Positions 22,173 to 33,700 are shown, numbered from the stretch's first letter. The stretch is 35,204 bases of DNA from Octopus bimaculoides (GCF_001194135.2 NC_068983.1:40764884-40800087), one strand, 5' to 3'. The notes: a model not told the origin generated them from the sequence alone. Numbers and translations are program-made.

Positions 22173-22827
22173 NNNNNNNNNNNNNNNNNNNNNNNNNNNN
22201 NNNNNNNNNNNNNNNNNNNNNNNNNNNNNNNNNNNNNNNNNNNNNNNNNNNNNNNNNNNNNNNNNNNNNNNNNNNNNNNNNNNNNNNNNNNNNNNNNNNN
22301 NNNNNNNNNNNNNNNNNNNNNNNNNNNNNNNNNNNNNNNNNNNNNNNNNNNNNNNNNNNNNNNNNNNNNNNNNNNNNNNNNNNNNNNNNNNNNNNNNNNN
22401 NNNNNNNNNNNNNNNNNNNNNNNNNNNNNNNNNNNNNNNNNNNNNNNNNNNNNNNNNNNNNNNNNNNNNNNNNNNNNNNNNNNNNNNNNNNNNNNNNNNN
22501 NNNNNNNNNNNNNNNNNNNNNNNNNNNNNNNNNNNNNNNNNNNNNNNNNNNNNNNNNNNNNNNNNNNNNNNNNNNNNNNNNNNNNNNNNNNNNNNNNNNN
22601 NNNNNNNNNNNNNNNNNNNNNNNNNNNNNNNNNNNNNNNNNNNNNNNNNNNNNNNNNNNNNNNNNCCCCCCCTTCCCGAAATGATAAAAGGCCTCGGCGG
22701 AATTTGACCTCTTGAAATCAGAGCATGAAGAGTTCAAATTTCGCCGAGATTCACATTGCCTTTCATCATTTCAGGGTCGATAAAATAAGTAACATTTGAG
22801 CAGTGACGCCCATGTGATCGACTAACA

Positions 22828-23708
22828 CAGTGGTTCGCAGTCGGGGTCCACATGACCTCTGACGGTCCATATGAGATTTTAAGGGATCCACACAACAAAA
22901 TAAAAGACTAGGGATCCACAATAGTATTTTAAGAGCCTCCGAAGAAATTTGGTGTATATAGTGAAGGCGCATGGCTTAGTGGTTAGGGCATTCGGCTCAC
23001 AATCGTAAAGTCGTAAATTCAATTCCTGGAGGCGCATTATGTCCTTGAGCAAGACACTTTATTTCATGTTGCTCCAGTCCACTCAACTGGCAAAAATGAG
23101 TTGTACCTGTATTGCAAAGGGCCTGCCTTGTCACACTCTCTGTCATGCTGAATAATCCTGAGAACTACGATAGGGTACACATGGAGTGCTCAACCACTTG
23201 CACGTTAATTTCACGAGCAAGCTGTTCCGTTGATCAGATCATCCGGGACTATCGTTGTCCTAAGCGACGGAGTACCTGGTATGTTTTGCAACAAACAACT
23301 AGGCTTCTTTCTCTAACTTTTTCCATAGTTCAATCTACAAAAGTTAATGTTTGGAAAACAAAATAGGAATGCTGAAAGAAGTTTCTGTAAACTAGTTTAT
23401 AAACATTCAATGGTTATGGAGTTCACCATAATAAAATAGTAATTAAAGGGGTCTGTAGATTAAAAAAACAAAATGGACGAGAACCCCTGCTTTAGATGTA
23501 TGTATTGCAAGAAACAGGTTTTTTTCTCAAGCGTTTTACACAGTTGAATCTACACACGCTAATGTGTGAATAACAAAATAGGGATTGTGAAAGAATTATT
23601 TAAGAAACTAGGTTTTAAATATTGAATGGCTATGGGGGTGGGGTCCACCAGAATAAAATAGCAATCGAAGGGGTCCGTAGGTAAAAAAGAAATGGTTGAG
23701 AACCCCTT
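22828..23708. mobile_element. hAT-like MITE with duplicated right half, interrupted by SINE B
   Basis: Left end CAGTGGTTCGCA; right ends GGACGAGAACCCCTG (23489) and GGTTGAGAACCCCT (23707). The 8-bp flanks GACTAACA and GGCTAACA match at 7/8 with a central TA. Confidence 0.82.
22961..23277 (+). mobile_element. tRNA-derived SINE family B (CORE-like centre), inserted in a MITE
   Basis: Head GGCGCATGGCTTAGTGGTTAGGGCATTCGGCTCACAATCG, centre GTCCTTGAGCAAGACACTTTATTTCATGTTGCTCCAGTCCACTCA, 3' end TAAGCGACGGA; homologous to 24800-25084. The CORE label is from memory, not a search. Confidence 0.88.
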
Positions 23709-24208
23709 GGCTAACACTTTCCTCTGAAAATTGCTGCCTTTGCAATAGAATTTAGACAAAGAAGAAGAAGAAGAAGAAGAAGAAGAAGAAGAAGAAGAAG
23801 AAGAAGAAGAAGAAGAAGAAGAAGAAGANNNNNNNNNNNNNNNNNNNNNNNNNNNNNNNNNNNNNNNNNNNNNNNNNNNNNNNNNNNNNNNNNNNNNNNN
23901 NNNNNNNNNNNNNNNNNNNNNNNNNNNNNNNNNNNNNNNNNNNNNNNTCTTTATTAACCACAATGTCGACGAAAAATCTAGGTCGAGGTACAGGACGACA
24001 TACTGCGGGGTTACGTAAAAGCATGTAAAAAATTTAAGAAAAGAAAGCAAAAATAATTCGCAGACATTATTTTCAGGATTCTGTTATATTCCCTTCATGC
24101 TCTTTGCTCTCTTCTCTCTTTACGTGTTTAATTAACGTAGTCTCAGTTGCTGCTGCCGTTGTTGTCGTTTCTATAATCAATGTTTGATATTTCGGATTCA
24201 TTTGCGAG

Positions 24209-24264
<56 letters not shown>

Positions 24265-24799
24265 CTATCAGTCTATACATGTGTGTACGTATACTCGTAC
24301 ATATACGGGTATATTTATTTTTATATATATGTATGTATGTGTTTATATGTGTGTGTGTACGTTCATGTATGTATATATGTGTGAGTGTGTGTATTCATTT
24401 TTTCTCAATTACTCATACATTGGTTAATGACTTTTCCAATTCTCTCTTTTCCATTCACATTTTCTTTTTTCTTTCTTTTCTATAGTCCACGCAAACTTGT
24501 TCATTTGTTAACCGCTATTTCTTCTCTCATTCATTCCGATTACATTTCAATTCGATTGCATTTGGATTAATATCTCACGATTTCCTCCTATTACGTTCTC
24601 AACGTCAGTCTCCTTCGCATTTTATTCGCAAGATCTACTACATAAATACCAGTCATATACTGTGTCACTTCAAATGAAGCATATTTCTCTGTAACAGATT
24701 TATGACTGCTATAATACTAAAACTTGAGGCTTGTTTAACATCACATTACATGGTCCTTATATTAGTGTGGCAAAAATCATTCTGTTGTAAACGTATATA

Positions 24800-25084
24800 G
24801 AGGCGTGTAACTTAATGGTTAGCGTATTCAGCTCACAATCGTTAGGCCGTGAGTTCGATAACCAGCGAAGTGTTGTGTCCTTGAGCAAGACACTTTATTC
24901 CATGTTACTTCAGTCCACTCAGCTGTTATTCAAAAGACTGGCCTTGTCACATTCTGTGTCAAACTACATTAAAGGTACTGATGTTTGTGGAATGCTCAGC
25001 CACTTGCACGCTAACCTCAGGCGAAGGCTCCGCCCTTGATCGGATGAACTAGAACACTCGTTGTCGTAAGCGACGGAATGTCAG
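24800..25084 (+). mobile_element. SINE family B, second copy
   Basis: Shares GTCCTTGAGCAAGACACTTTATT, CAGTCCACTCAGCTG, GCCTTGTCACA, CCACTTGCACG and TAAGCGACGGA with 22961-23277. Confidence 0.88.
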
Positions 25085-25134
25085 TTTATTTATTTATTAT
25101 TTATTTATTTAATTATTTATATTTTGTAAACGTC

Positions 25135-25479
25135 GTTTCGAACATTGGGCCCTATGGAGGCGAAGTGGCTGCATTCCTTTCGAGTGTTGGGCCTCACGGA
25201 GGCAATGACCGAGACATTTGGCATTATGTCGTGCTTAAGAAGACCCATCAAGCCGAGCAAAATCACAGTCATGGCAGATACTGGTCCCATGCAAATGACA
25301 CCCGTGCCGGTGTTACGTAAGAGAAACCATTACTCTCACGGAATGGTTGGCATTAGGGAGGGCATCCAGCCGTAAAAAAAACATGCAAAATCAGACTGGT
25401 GTCTGGTGTAGCCTTCCAGCGTGCCAACCCGGTCAAACCGTCCGATCCATATCATTACAGACAATGGACGTTAAATGAT
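25135..25479 (+). mobile_element. SINE-like element, family D (Nin/Deu-like motif, RTE-like tail)
   Basis: GC-richer block with GGTTGGCATTAGGGAGGGCATCCAGCCGTAAAA and terminal GGACGTTAAATGAT. The domain assignment is recalled, not searched, and only one copy is in the window. Confidence 0.65.
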
Positions 25480-25489
25480 CCAGAGTTCT

Positions 25490-26190
25490 CAGCTCTTTAG
25501 TTTTCTTGCCGCGCTCCTGCAACCATTGATCTGCCGAACACAGGTTGCATAAATTTTACCGATCATTGACACTGCCTTTACTCCAACAAATGTCTAAACT
25601 CATTGTACATGTCCTATTTTTCATTTCTGTTCCACCTCGATCTCTCCTACTCTAAGTTTTTTCCTCTATCATTCAGATCACCACACCGCCAATCATTCTC
25701 TTCTCCTCTTCCTATTCCTGCTTGACCTTCTATTTCTATCGATATATTTATTTGCTGTGTTTGTCTTTTATATTTCGTAAACCTAGAACTATATTTACAT
25801 AGTTGTTTTCCTTTTATTCTTCTACCGGTTTCACATGCTGAACTGCGGCCATACTGTAGCTCATTGATGCAATCAACGAAATCATTCAAAGACCTACAAC
25901 GTCTTATATTTAGTTTCTACCCTTGGGCTTGAGCTTAAATCTTTCCAATTCTATCTTTTGAAATCCTGGCGATTTTTCGAATCTTCTCGCTCTTCATATT
26001 AAAATCTATGTTACTTGTCCCTGAAATCATGATTTTATATTTCATTTGTTGTCATCACCAATTTATATTTCCACCATCTTGTCACATTCAAAAATATGCG
26101 CAAAATATCTTTGGCCTCCTGATTTGATCTCTAACTACTCCCCTTTCTACTTCACTTAATTCGTCTAAGCCTTTCTGATCCTCTCTACCC
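25490..26190 (-). mobile_element. Possible highly decayed RTE-like LINE fragment
   Basis: Purine-rich minus strand with KYKIMISG..KSEKI, RRCRSLMISL and IEIEGQAGIGRG..W, loosely in RTE ORF order. Confidence 0.4.
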
Positions 26191-27114
26191 CACTCTCTCT
26201 GTCTCTGTCTCTCTGTCTCTCTCTCTGTCTCTGTCTCTGTCTCTGTCTGTCTCTCTCTCTTTCTGTCTTTCATTCTCCTCTTTGTTTCTTTTCCGCACGC
26301 ACACATACACACACAAACACACACACACACACACACCCATACGCACACAGTATTCTAGCTGTTTATTACTTCAGTTTCTGTTGTTAATCTTTTTATTTCT
26401 CACTCATTCTTCTTCTGTAGCCCATGCTCTATTTACTTTATTCTCTCCTCTTTCTCTCCCTTTCTCTCTCTCCGCGCTCCATTACACACACACACATACA
26501 CACACATACACATACACATACACACACATATATATATATACATATACATTTTATATGCATGTATATGTATGTATATATATATATATACATTCATTTACAT
26601 ATATATATATATATACATTCATNNNNNNNNNNTATATATATATATACTTGCCTCTATATTAAAATTTGTATATGCGTGTGTGCTTGTGTGTGTGTGTTTG
26701 TGTATGTATGTGTGTGTGTGTATGTACTTGCATATATATTAAAAAATTCTTCTGCTTCACTGAATGGCCTAAAAGTCCTTGATCAAAGCTTGAATATATC
26801 GTGCAACCATATCGGCAGTAACAACAACAACACGAACAAGACCAATAACAACAACACTAATATGATCACAACTGGTGTGATACGCGCCATAAAGCCCTCA
26901 AGGAATGGTACGAGCTGCCTAACATTGACTCATGCTTCACCAAATTTCTAATTTATTTTTCACTAATTCCTCCGTCTCTCTTCCTCCATTTTGTCTCCTT
27001 CACCCACTTTATTTTATTTTACTGTATTTATTTACTTGTTTTTCAATTTATTTATTCAAATATTTTGGCTGGAAGAATGAAAGCCACAGTACAATTGTAT
27101 AAATCTACTGTAAC

Positions 27115-27460
27115 TAGTTATTAAGTTACTATGAAAAATTTATAAAACTAATATAAAAACATAAATAAACAAATACTGATATTTAAAAATGCTTATTAAG
27201 CTACTGCTTAATTATCATTAAGCTACGTTTAAACTTATTTAAAGCTAGTGTAAAACTGTTATGAAATTACTACAAAAAGAATCAGATAGGTATTGTTCAA
27301 CACTAATATAAAATAATTAAAACTACAATAAAAATTTTATTGTAAAGCTACTACAGTAAAATGTTGAACTTTTCTAGAATATTTTTATACTGTAATAAAA
27401 TTATTAAACTATGTAATGTAAAGGTTACTACAGAAACCTACTATAAAAAGCCCACAAGCT
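27115..27460. repeat. Degenerate AT-rich minisatellite, unit about TTATTAAGCTACTGTAAAAA
   Basis: At least 7 loosely matching units; the same unit occurs three times in tandem at 28715-28784. Confidence 0.6.
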
Positions 27461-27936
27461 TCTCTAAATGTATTTATAAATTATAGCAAAAATTATTGAT
27501 GTACCGTTAAAAAATATCTGGTAGACAACCGTCGTTTCATGATGGTTAATCGGTTGTTCGTAGCAAACGAGTGAATGAGCGTAAATATATAAAGCGAGTT
27601 TACAATAATCAAAGATGTGTATTATGACATTAAATACACAAAAGGAAGAAACAGAAGAAACGTAATCTTTCGGGAGACACATCTTTTCAAAGAGAACAAA
27701 AAAGGATTGAGAGAGACACATATACAATTTCGATAAAATGACAATAGTCCAAAGTGCCGCATATTGGTATTCATCCCGAGATCTCGTAGTTGCGAGGTGA
27801 ATTTTTATCCCCCCTACCATAGAGAGCTTAGCAAATAGGTAAATATATGCACAGACATATATACACACAGAAAAACACATGGACAAAGGAATTTAATGGA
27901 AAACGAAAAAAAAAAAAAGAAAGAAAAATCACATAC

Positions 27937-27997
27937 GGCCGCACATGACTCTGAACCCATCATCTGCTGCCAACTGGAATTCTGATCCTTTTGACGC
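27937..27997 (-). CDS. Candidate 61-nt internal exon
   Basis: TTGTATTAG acceptor and C|GTATGT donor. Two frames are open: ASKGSEFQLAADDGFRVMCG or RQKDQNSSWQQMMGSESCAA. Confidence 0.28.
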
Positions 27998-28079
27998 CTA
28001 ATACAAATCTCAATTAACAGCTGATGAACGGGTTTCACTCGTGCAGGTCCATCTTCCCAAAGAATATTCTTGTCCGTCT

Positions 28080-28475
28080 TGCTTGTTTTAGTCGTTAGAC
28101 AGCGGCCATGCTAGGGCATCACCTTGAAGAATTTTTAATCGAATGAATTGACCTTAGTATTTTATTTATTTTTCTTAAAGCCTATTATTTATTCTATCGG
28201 TGTCTATTGGTTGAACTGCTATGTTACGTTACGAGGACCTGAACACACCAACAGCGACTGTCAAGCGGTGATGGGGAACAACCACAGGCACAAAGATACA
28301 CACACACATTCTTACGACGTGTTTCTCTCAACTTCCGTTTACCATATCCATTCACAAGGTTTTGGTCAGCCTGGGGCTATAATAGAAGACAGACACCCAA
28401 GGTTACCTCGTAGTGGAACTGAACCCGGAACCATGTGGTTGGGAAGCTAATTTCATACCACACATCCATGCTTGC
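28080..28475 (-). mobile_element. SINE family A, full length, diverged
   Basis: Tail, body and head (GGAACTGAACCCGGAACCATGTGGTTGGGAAGC..ACCACACATCCATGC) are all present in reverse orientation. Confidence 0.88.
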
Positions 28476-28897
28476 TCCTGTACAACAGAGAGTGAATGCA
28501 GCTATGCTCTCGTTCTTTAACAGCTACATTTATGTAGTGTTGCTACGGCAACGATAGAAGAGTCGAGTGGGTGTCTGTATCTTCTTGCACGTATAGAAGA
28601 ACATAAAAGAATTAGCAACAACGCGTTAGGATTTTAATACCAAATTATCCTCGACTGCGAGTGACGGCTATGGTGCATTGTTAAAAACGGATTAAGAAAT
28701 TTGTCGTTAAACAATTATTAATATACTGTAAAAATAATTATTAAAATTCTGTAAAAACACGTTATTAAGCAGCTGTAAAAACAACCGGCAAACCATTGTG
28801 AAAACGAAAAGGAAAAGGAAAAAAAAAGAATTATTAATCCGTTGTAAACAAATGGCTGAATCATGTAATTAACAAGCAATTGAATTTAATTAATGAC

Positions 28898-28966
28898 TAA
28901 ACGAACAAGTAAATTATGAAATATTATTAATAATTATAATAATTTTGTAAATTATTTGTTCGTTTA
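28898..28966. repeat. AT-rich imperfect inverted repeat (about 30-bp arms)
   Basis: TAAACGAACAAGTAAATTATGAAATATTATTA / TAATAATTTTGTAAATTATTTGTTCGTTTA. Confidence 0.7.
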
Positions 28967-29022
28967 ATTTATTATTAATATCAATAACTTAAGCAGGAAT
29001 AACAATAACAACATTAATAGAG

Positions 29023-29149
29023 ATGGTGTCAGGTACATTGCTATTGTACTTGATCTTGGTGATGGTGGTGATGGTAGTAGGGAGAGTAGTAGAATGTAGC
29101 AGTGGAGGTGGTGGTGGTGGTGGTGGTGGTGGTGAATCTGGTGCTGTTG
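29023..29149 (+). CDS. Candidate first coding exon encoding a signal peptide and Gly tract
   Basis: GAGATGG start with an upstream in-frame TAA (28990). It encodes MVSGTLLLYLILVMVVMVVGRVVECSSG10ESGAV and ends at a consensus donor G|GTGAGT (phase 1). It is partly made of (GGT)n repeats, so it could be spurious. Confidence 0.45.
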
Positions 29150-29509
29150 GTGAGTGGATCTCCTTTCTTTATATTTGCTTCTTTGTAGATCCAAGTCTGC
29201 TAAGACTGAGTACACTAATAATTTAATGCACCACCCCAACAATTACCATCCTGTCCTCCAAAGAAAGCATTGACCAACAAACACTACGTTATTTAACATG
29301 TTTTGCCGTTTTCAGAACAGCAATTTGAGGAAGATTTAGTTGCTATTTCTAACAGGTCAATGAACGATATTAAGTCTTCCTTGTTTTGCCCAGTATAATA
29401 TATCGGTCAAAATATGAGGTGATTTTGTGCTGCATACACACGCTTGCGCACACACATGCACATGCACATACACACACACACAAAGTGCCTGTGTGTGTAT
29501 TCTATTCAT

Positions 29510-29725
29510 TTCTATTTGTTTCAGTCATTTGACTGCGGCCATGCTGGAGCACCGTCTTTATTTCGAACAAATCGACCCCACCACTTATTCTTTGTAAGCC
29601 TAGTGTTTATCCTATCGGTTTCTTTTGCCGAACCGCTAAGTTACGGGGACATAAACACTCAAATATTGGTTGTCAGGTGACGGTGGGGGAGAAACATATA
29701 CCTATATATACATACACATACACAA

Positions 29726-29740
<15 letters not shown>
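29510..29740 (-). mobile_element. SINE family A, 3' half (runs into microsatellite and gap)
   Basis: TTGTTTCAGTCATTTGACTGCGGCCATGCTGGAGCACCG..GCCGAACCGCTAAGTTACGGGGAC. Confidence 0.9.
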
Positions 29741-29781
<41 letters not shown>

Positions 29782-30445
29782 GTATATATATATATATANN
29801 NNNNNNNNNNNNNNNNNNNNNNNNNNNNNNNNNNNNNNNNNNNNNNNNNNNNNNNNNNNNNNNNNNNNNNNNNNNNNNNNNNNNNNNNNNNNNNNNNNNN
29901 NNNNNNNNNNNNNNNNNNNNNNNNNNNNNNNNNNNNNNNNNNNNNNNNNNNNNNNNNNNNNNNNNNNNNNNNNNNNNNNNNNNNNNNNNNNNNNNNNNNN
30001 NNNNNNNNNNNNNNNNNNNNNNNNNNNNNNNNNNNNNNNNNNNNNNNNNNNNNNNNNNNNNNNNNNNNNNNNNNNNNNNNNNNNNNNNNNNNNNNNNNNN
30101 NNNNNNNNNNNNNNNNNNNNNNNNNNNNNNNNNNNNNNNNNNNNNNNNNNNNNNNNNNNNNNNNNNNNNNNNNNNNNNNNNNNNNNNNNNNNNNNNNNNN
30201 NNNNNNNNNNNNNNNNNNNNNNNNNNNNNNNNNNNNNNNNNNNNNNNNNNNNNNNNNNNNNNNNNNNNNNNNNNNNNNNNNNNNNNNNNNNNNNNNNNNN
30301 NNNNNNNNNNNNNNNNNNNNNNNNNNNNNNNNNNNNNNNNNNNNNNNNNNNNNNNNNNNNNNNNNNNNNNNNNNNNNNNNNNNNNNNNNNNNNNNNNNNN
30401 NNNNNNNNNNTCAGTACGGTAACGATATTACAAGCTCATTGCCTT

Positions 30446-30455
30446 AATAATAATA

Positions 30456-30529
<74 letters not shown>

Positions 30530-30732
30530 CCTTTCTACTGTAGGCAGAAGGACTGGATTTTCTAGGGAGGGGGACTGTCGTCAACATACTCAACTGGTAC
30601 TTAATTTATCGACCCCGAAAGGATGAAATACAAAGCCGAACTCGGCGAAATTTGAACACAGAACGTAGTGGCAGCCGAAATACAGCTAAGCATTTCGCCC
30701 GGCGTGCTAACGATTTTGCCAGTTTACCGCCT
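30446..30732 (-). mobile_element. SINE family C, full length with (ATT)n tail
   Basis: GGCGGTAAACTGGCAAAATCGTTAGCACGCCGGGCGAAATGC..TTTCATCCTTTCGGGGTCGATAAATTAAGTACCAG, with the tail at 30446-30528. Confidence 0.9.
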
Positions 30733-30848
30733 TAAATAACATTAATAATGATGATGATGATGATGATGATGATGATAGTGGTGGTGGTGGTGGTGTTGAT
30801 GGTGATGATGGTGGTGATGACGATGATAGCTAATTTATCAACTGACAG

Positions 30849-31095
30849 AATTTTCATTGCGATCTATGAATGGTATATTTCTTAGAATAAATCAATATGA
30901 TTTAGAATTCCGAAATCTACCATTTTATCATAAGCATGACGCCTCTTCTATCCTTCACTCTGTGACTCCATCATTCCTTAAGAGTACAGAACCGCCCATT
31001 TTCGAAACGTTAGCTTTAGACACTTTGTCAAAATTATTTAAGTTCTTCATGTTTGCTATCCAAAAACAGTTCATTGTAATTTCACTGAGGAACAA
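30849..31095 (+). CDS. Candidate internal exon (unknown product)
   Basis: CTAAT..CTGACAG acceptor, then about 82 open non-repetitive codons (EFSLRSMNGIFLRINQYDLEFRNLPF..ISLRNK), in phase with the 29023 exon. The donor AA|GTATAA is weak. Confidence 0.25.
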
Positions 31096-31112
31096 GTATA
31101 AATGCATGCACA

Positions 31113-31168
<56 letters not shown>

Positions 31169-31413
31169 TGTATACATACATACATAATACCTGTGTACAT
31201 ACAGAGACATAATACTTGCATACATGCACACATACATACCTTCATACATACACATACCTTCATACATATGTACATATGCACACACATATATGCATATATA
31301 TATATATATATATATGTATGTATCATAAGGGCACACGAGGCGCCTACCTGCTAGAATACCTATATAATAATACCTATATAAATATTCGCTTTTGAATATT
31401 TACTCCTTATTAA

Positions 31414-31476
<63 letters not shown>

Positions 31477-32083
31477 GTATTTATGTATGTATAAACCCAT
31501 TTCTTATCTTATAAAAAATATTCCTTCTTCTCTTTAACATCACATTTTTTTTTATATATTGTTCGTCCCATTTCTCTCATACTTACTAGTTTTTCCTTTA
31601 GTCACGATTATTAAGAAGTGCTTTCTTCCATTTCCTGTAGAGCATTATTAGCTCTGACTTGTTTTTCTATAATTTCTATTTTAGCACGATGGATTAGTTC
31701 TAACATATTTCTCTAGTTTCTTCTCCTTTTATGGACCGACATTATTATTATGTGAATGAGATCTCATATTATTCTGAAGCCTGTTGTTTAAAGGTACACG
31801 TGTCACAGTTTTCCATACTTTTATTCTTGAATTTTTGTATTTCAACTTTACCCCATTCTCTTTGAGTGACACGTTTCTGGTTTAAAGGCATGATATGTTA
31901 ATTATACTTAGTTTGATTTCATACTTTCTATGTTGTTGTTTTAATATTCTTCTTCTTCTTCTTCTTCTTCTTCTTCTTCTTCTNNNNNNNNNNNNNNNNN
32001 NNNNNNNNNNNNNNNNNNNNNNNNNNNNNNNNNNNNNNNNNNNNNNNNNNNNNNNNNNNNNNNNNNNNNNNNNNNNNNNNNNN

Positions 32084-33700
32084 AACAAAAATAAACAGTC
32101 TGTTCAAAGTTTTCGCAAAATCTTAAGAAACAAGCTAAAACCACCACAACAGTGGTCATCCTTCAAGAACACTGCGAAAACAACTTGCAGTTCCAAGCAA
32201 TGCTGGTTTTCGTAGGTGCTCTACCTTCACACTTGCACCAATCTTTTTCAGCCATGTTGATAGTTGAGTGCTGATACTTCCAAGTGCACCAATTCCTATT
32301 GGTATCACACCTACTCTCTCATTGACCACAACCTTCGTATTTCCCACTTCCAATCGTCATAGTTGTTTATTTCTATTTCTTCTTTCACATTGATCCTGTT
32401 GCCACTTGGATATGCTATGTCGATTATTATACATGTTCTTTCTTTTTTATTCAACACAACAATGTCCAGTTTCTTATGTCTGGTCGGTTGATCGCACTGG
32501 ATCATTGCATCCGACAGGATTTTGCAAAACTAATTTTCAGTGACTCCTTCTGGGGTTGGCTCATACCACTACCACGTCTCTGCTCTTTGTAGGCCGTGAT
32601 TTCCACAGAGCTTCCAATGGATCATTCTTACCATATTGTCATGGAGACTTTTGTATTGGCCTTGTGCCATTTTCGGGCACTCGCTAACGATATGACACTC
32701 TTAACTATCTTTACTTATCTTTCCGTTGTTTTGCTAGACCTTTGCTGAGGTTGTTCCTATTTTCAGGGTTGCATTGGCACATTTTTCTAAACCAAATTTC
32801 ATGTTTATTTCTTTGATAAATCCATGTACTTATTTGTAGTAATATTTCCCACATATTATCATTTGTAGCGTACAGTTTTAGATCACAATATGAGGTGGCT
32901 GATTGTTTTGCCGTAACAGTTGTATTCACACCCAGTTTTGTTCAGCATGTCAGATAAAGGTGTCGGTGCCAAGCAGAAAAGGAGTGGAGAGAGCGTGTCC
33001 CCTTGGATTATTCCTCTTCGAATGGGGATAATTTTGGCTTTTATGAGTTTTTATTTTGTCTGGCGCTGTAGTACTGTCTGTCATTTATTCATGGAATGTT
33101 TTATATATATATTATGATTATTAATGCTACCTTGTTCATGGCTAGTGTTTCTAGGATCCATATATGGGAAATACTATCAAAACCCTTTCGGTAGTCGATC
33201 CAGGCCATACTTAGAACCTTCTTTTTTCTGCAGCTTTCTTCAGTTATAGCGTTATTGATCTTTACAGCCGTATGAACTCTTGCAGCATCCCTTCTGCTTT
33301 TCTGGAAACAGGTTGTTTTTTCCAGTAAAGGCTTTGTAAATTGTAGGGGGAAAAATTATCGGTCTGTAATTTTGTGGGTTTGCCATTTCAGTGAATTCGG
33401 GAATTAGGATAGTTTTCCCTTCTGTGAGCTATACAGGAATTCTCTCTGGCTCTGTTAGTATTTCATTATATTTCTCAGCCAGCTGTGTTCCTGTTAGGTA
33501 TTTTAACCAGAAGTTGGGGATGTTGCCGTGTCCGGGTTCCTTCCAGTTGCTTATTCTTTGCACTGCCTGGGTGATCTCTATAGTTGTTATAGGGGTCCAG
33601 AGTTGTACAGGTGCTATGTTCGTTGTTTTGCTAGACCTTTGCTGAGGTTCCTTCGCCGACCATATTTCTTTCCAAACTTCTGCAGTTAGTGCTGCATTGA
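32084..33700 (-). mobile_element. 5'-truncated, internally deleted R4/Dong-like LINE (RT, zinc knuckle, RLE)
   Basis: Minus frames give NWKEPG..IPNFWLK, PQNYRPI, AWIDYRKGFDS, RRGIIQGDTLSPLLFCL, DLKLYA, KFGLEKCA, HIVSECPKM, KLDIVVLNKKERTCIIIDIAYP and IGALGSI..LLGTA (stop at 32156). Confidence 0.92.

Larger units (their letters stand above)
22730..23828 (+). mobile_element. SINE family C split by a MITE (22730-22827 and about 23717-23760) with (GAA)n tail
   Basis: GAGTTCAAATTTCGCCGAG..TTGCCTTTCATC..GGGTCGATAAAATAAGTA..GATCGACTAA lies before the MITE. CCTCTGAAAATTGCTGCCTTTG..AATTT resumes after it, followed by (GAA)n. Confidence 0.75.

Noticed and set aside
26760-26951. Asn-rich plus-strand frame (SSASLNGLKVLDQSL..HASPNF*) as a terminal exon
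   Set aside because: It looks protein-like, but the acceptor is poor and the Asn run is an (AAC)n repeat, so support is insufficient.
27464-27886. 140-aa minus-strand ORF
   Set aside because: It starts in TG repeat, has the F/Y/I/C-rich composition typical of antisense AT-rich DNA, and shows no motif or convincing splice sites.
28021-28060. CTGATGA followed by an ACG/CGT stem; similar lone boxes at 12196 and 20700
   Set aside because: No GAAA follows helix II.
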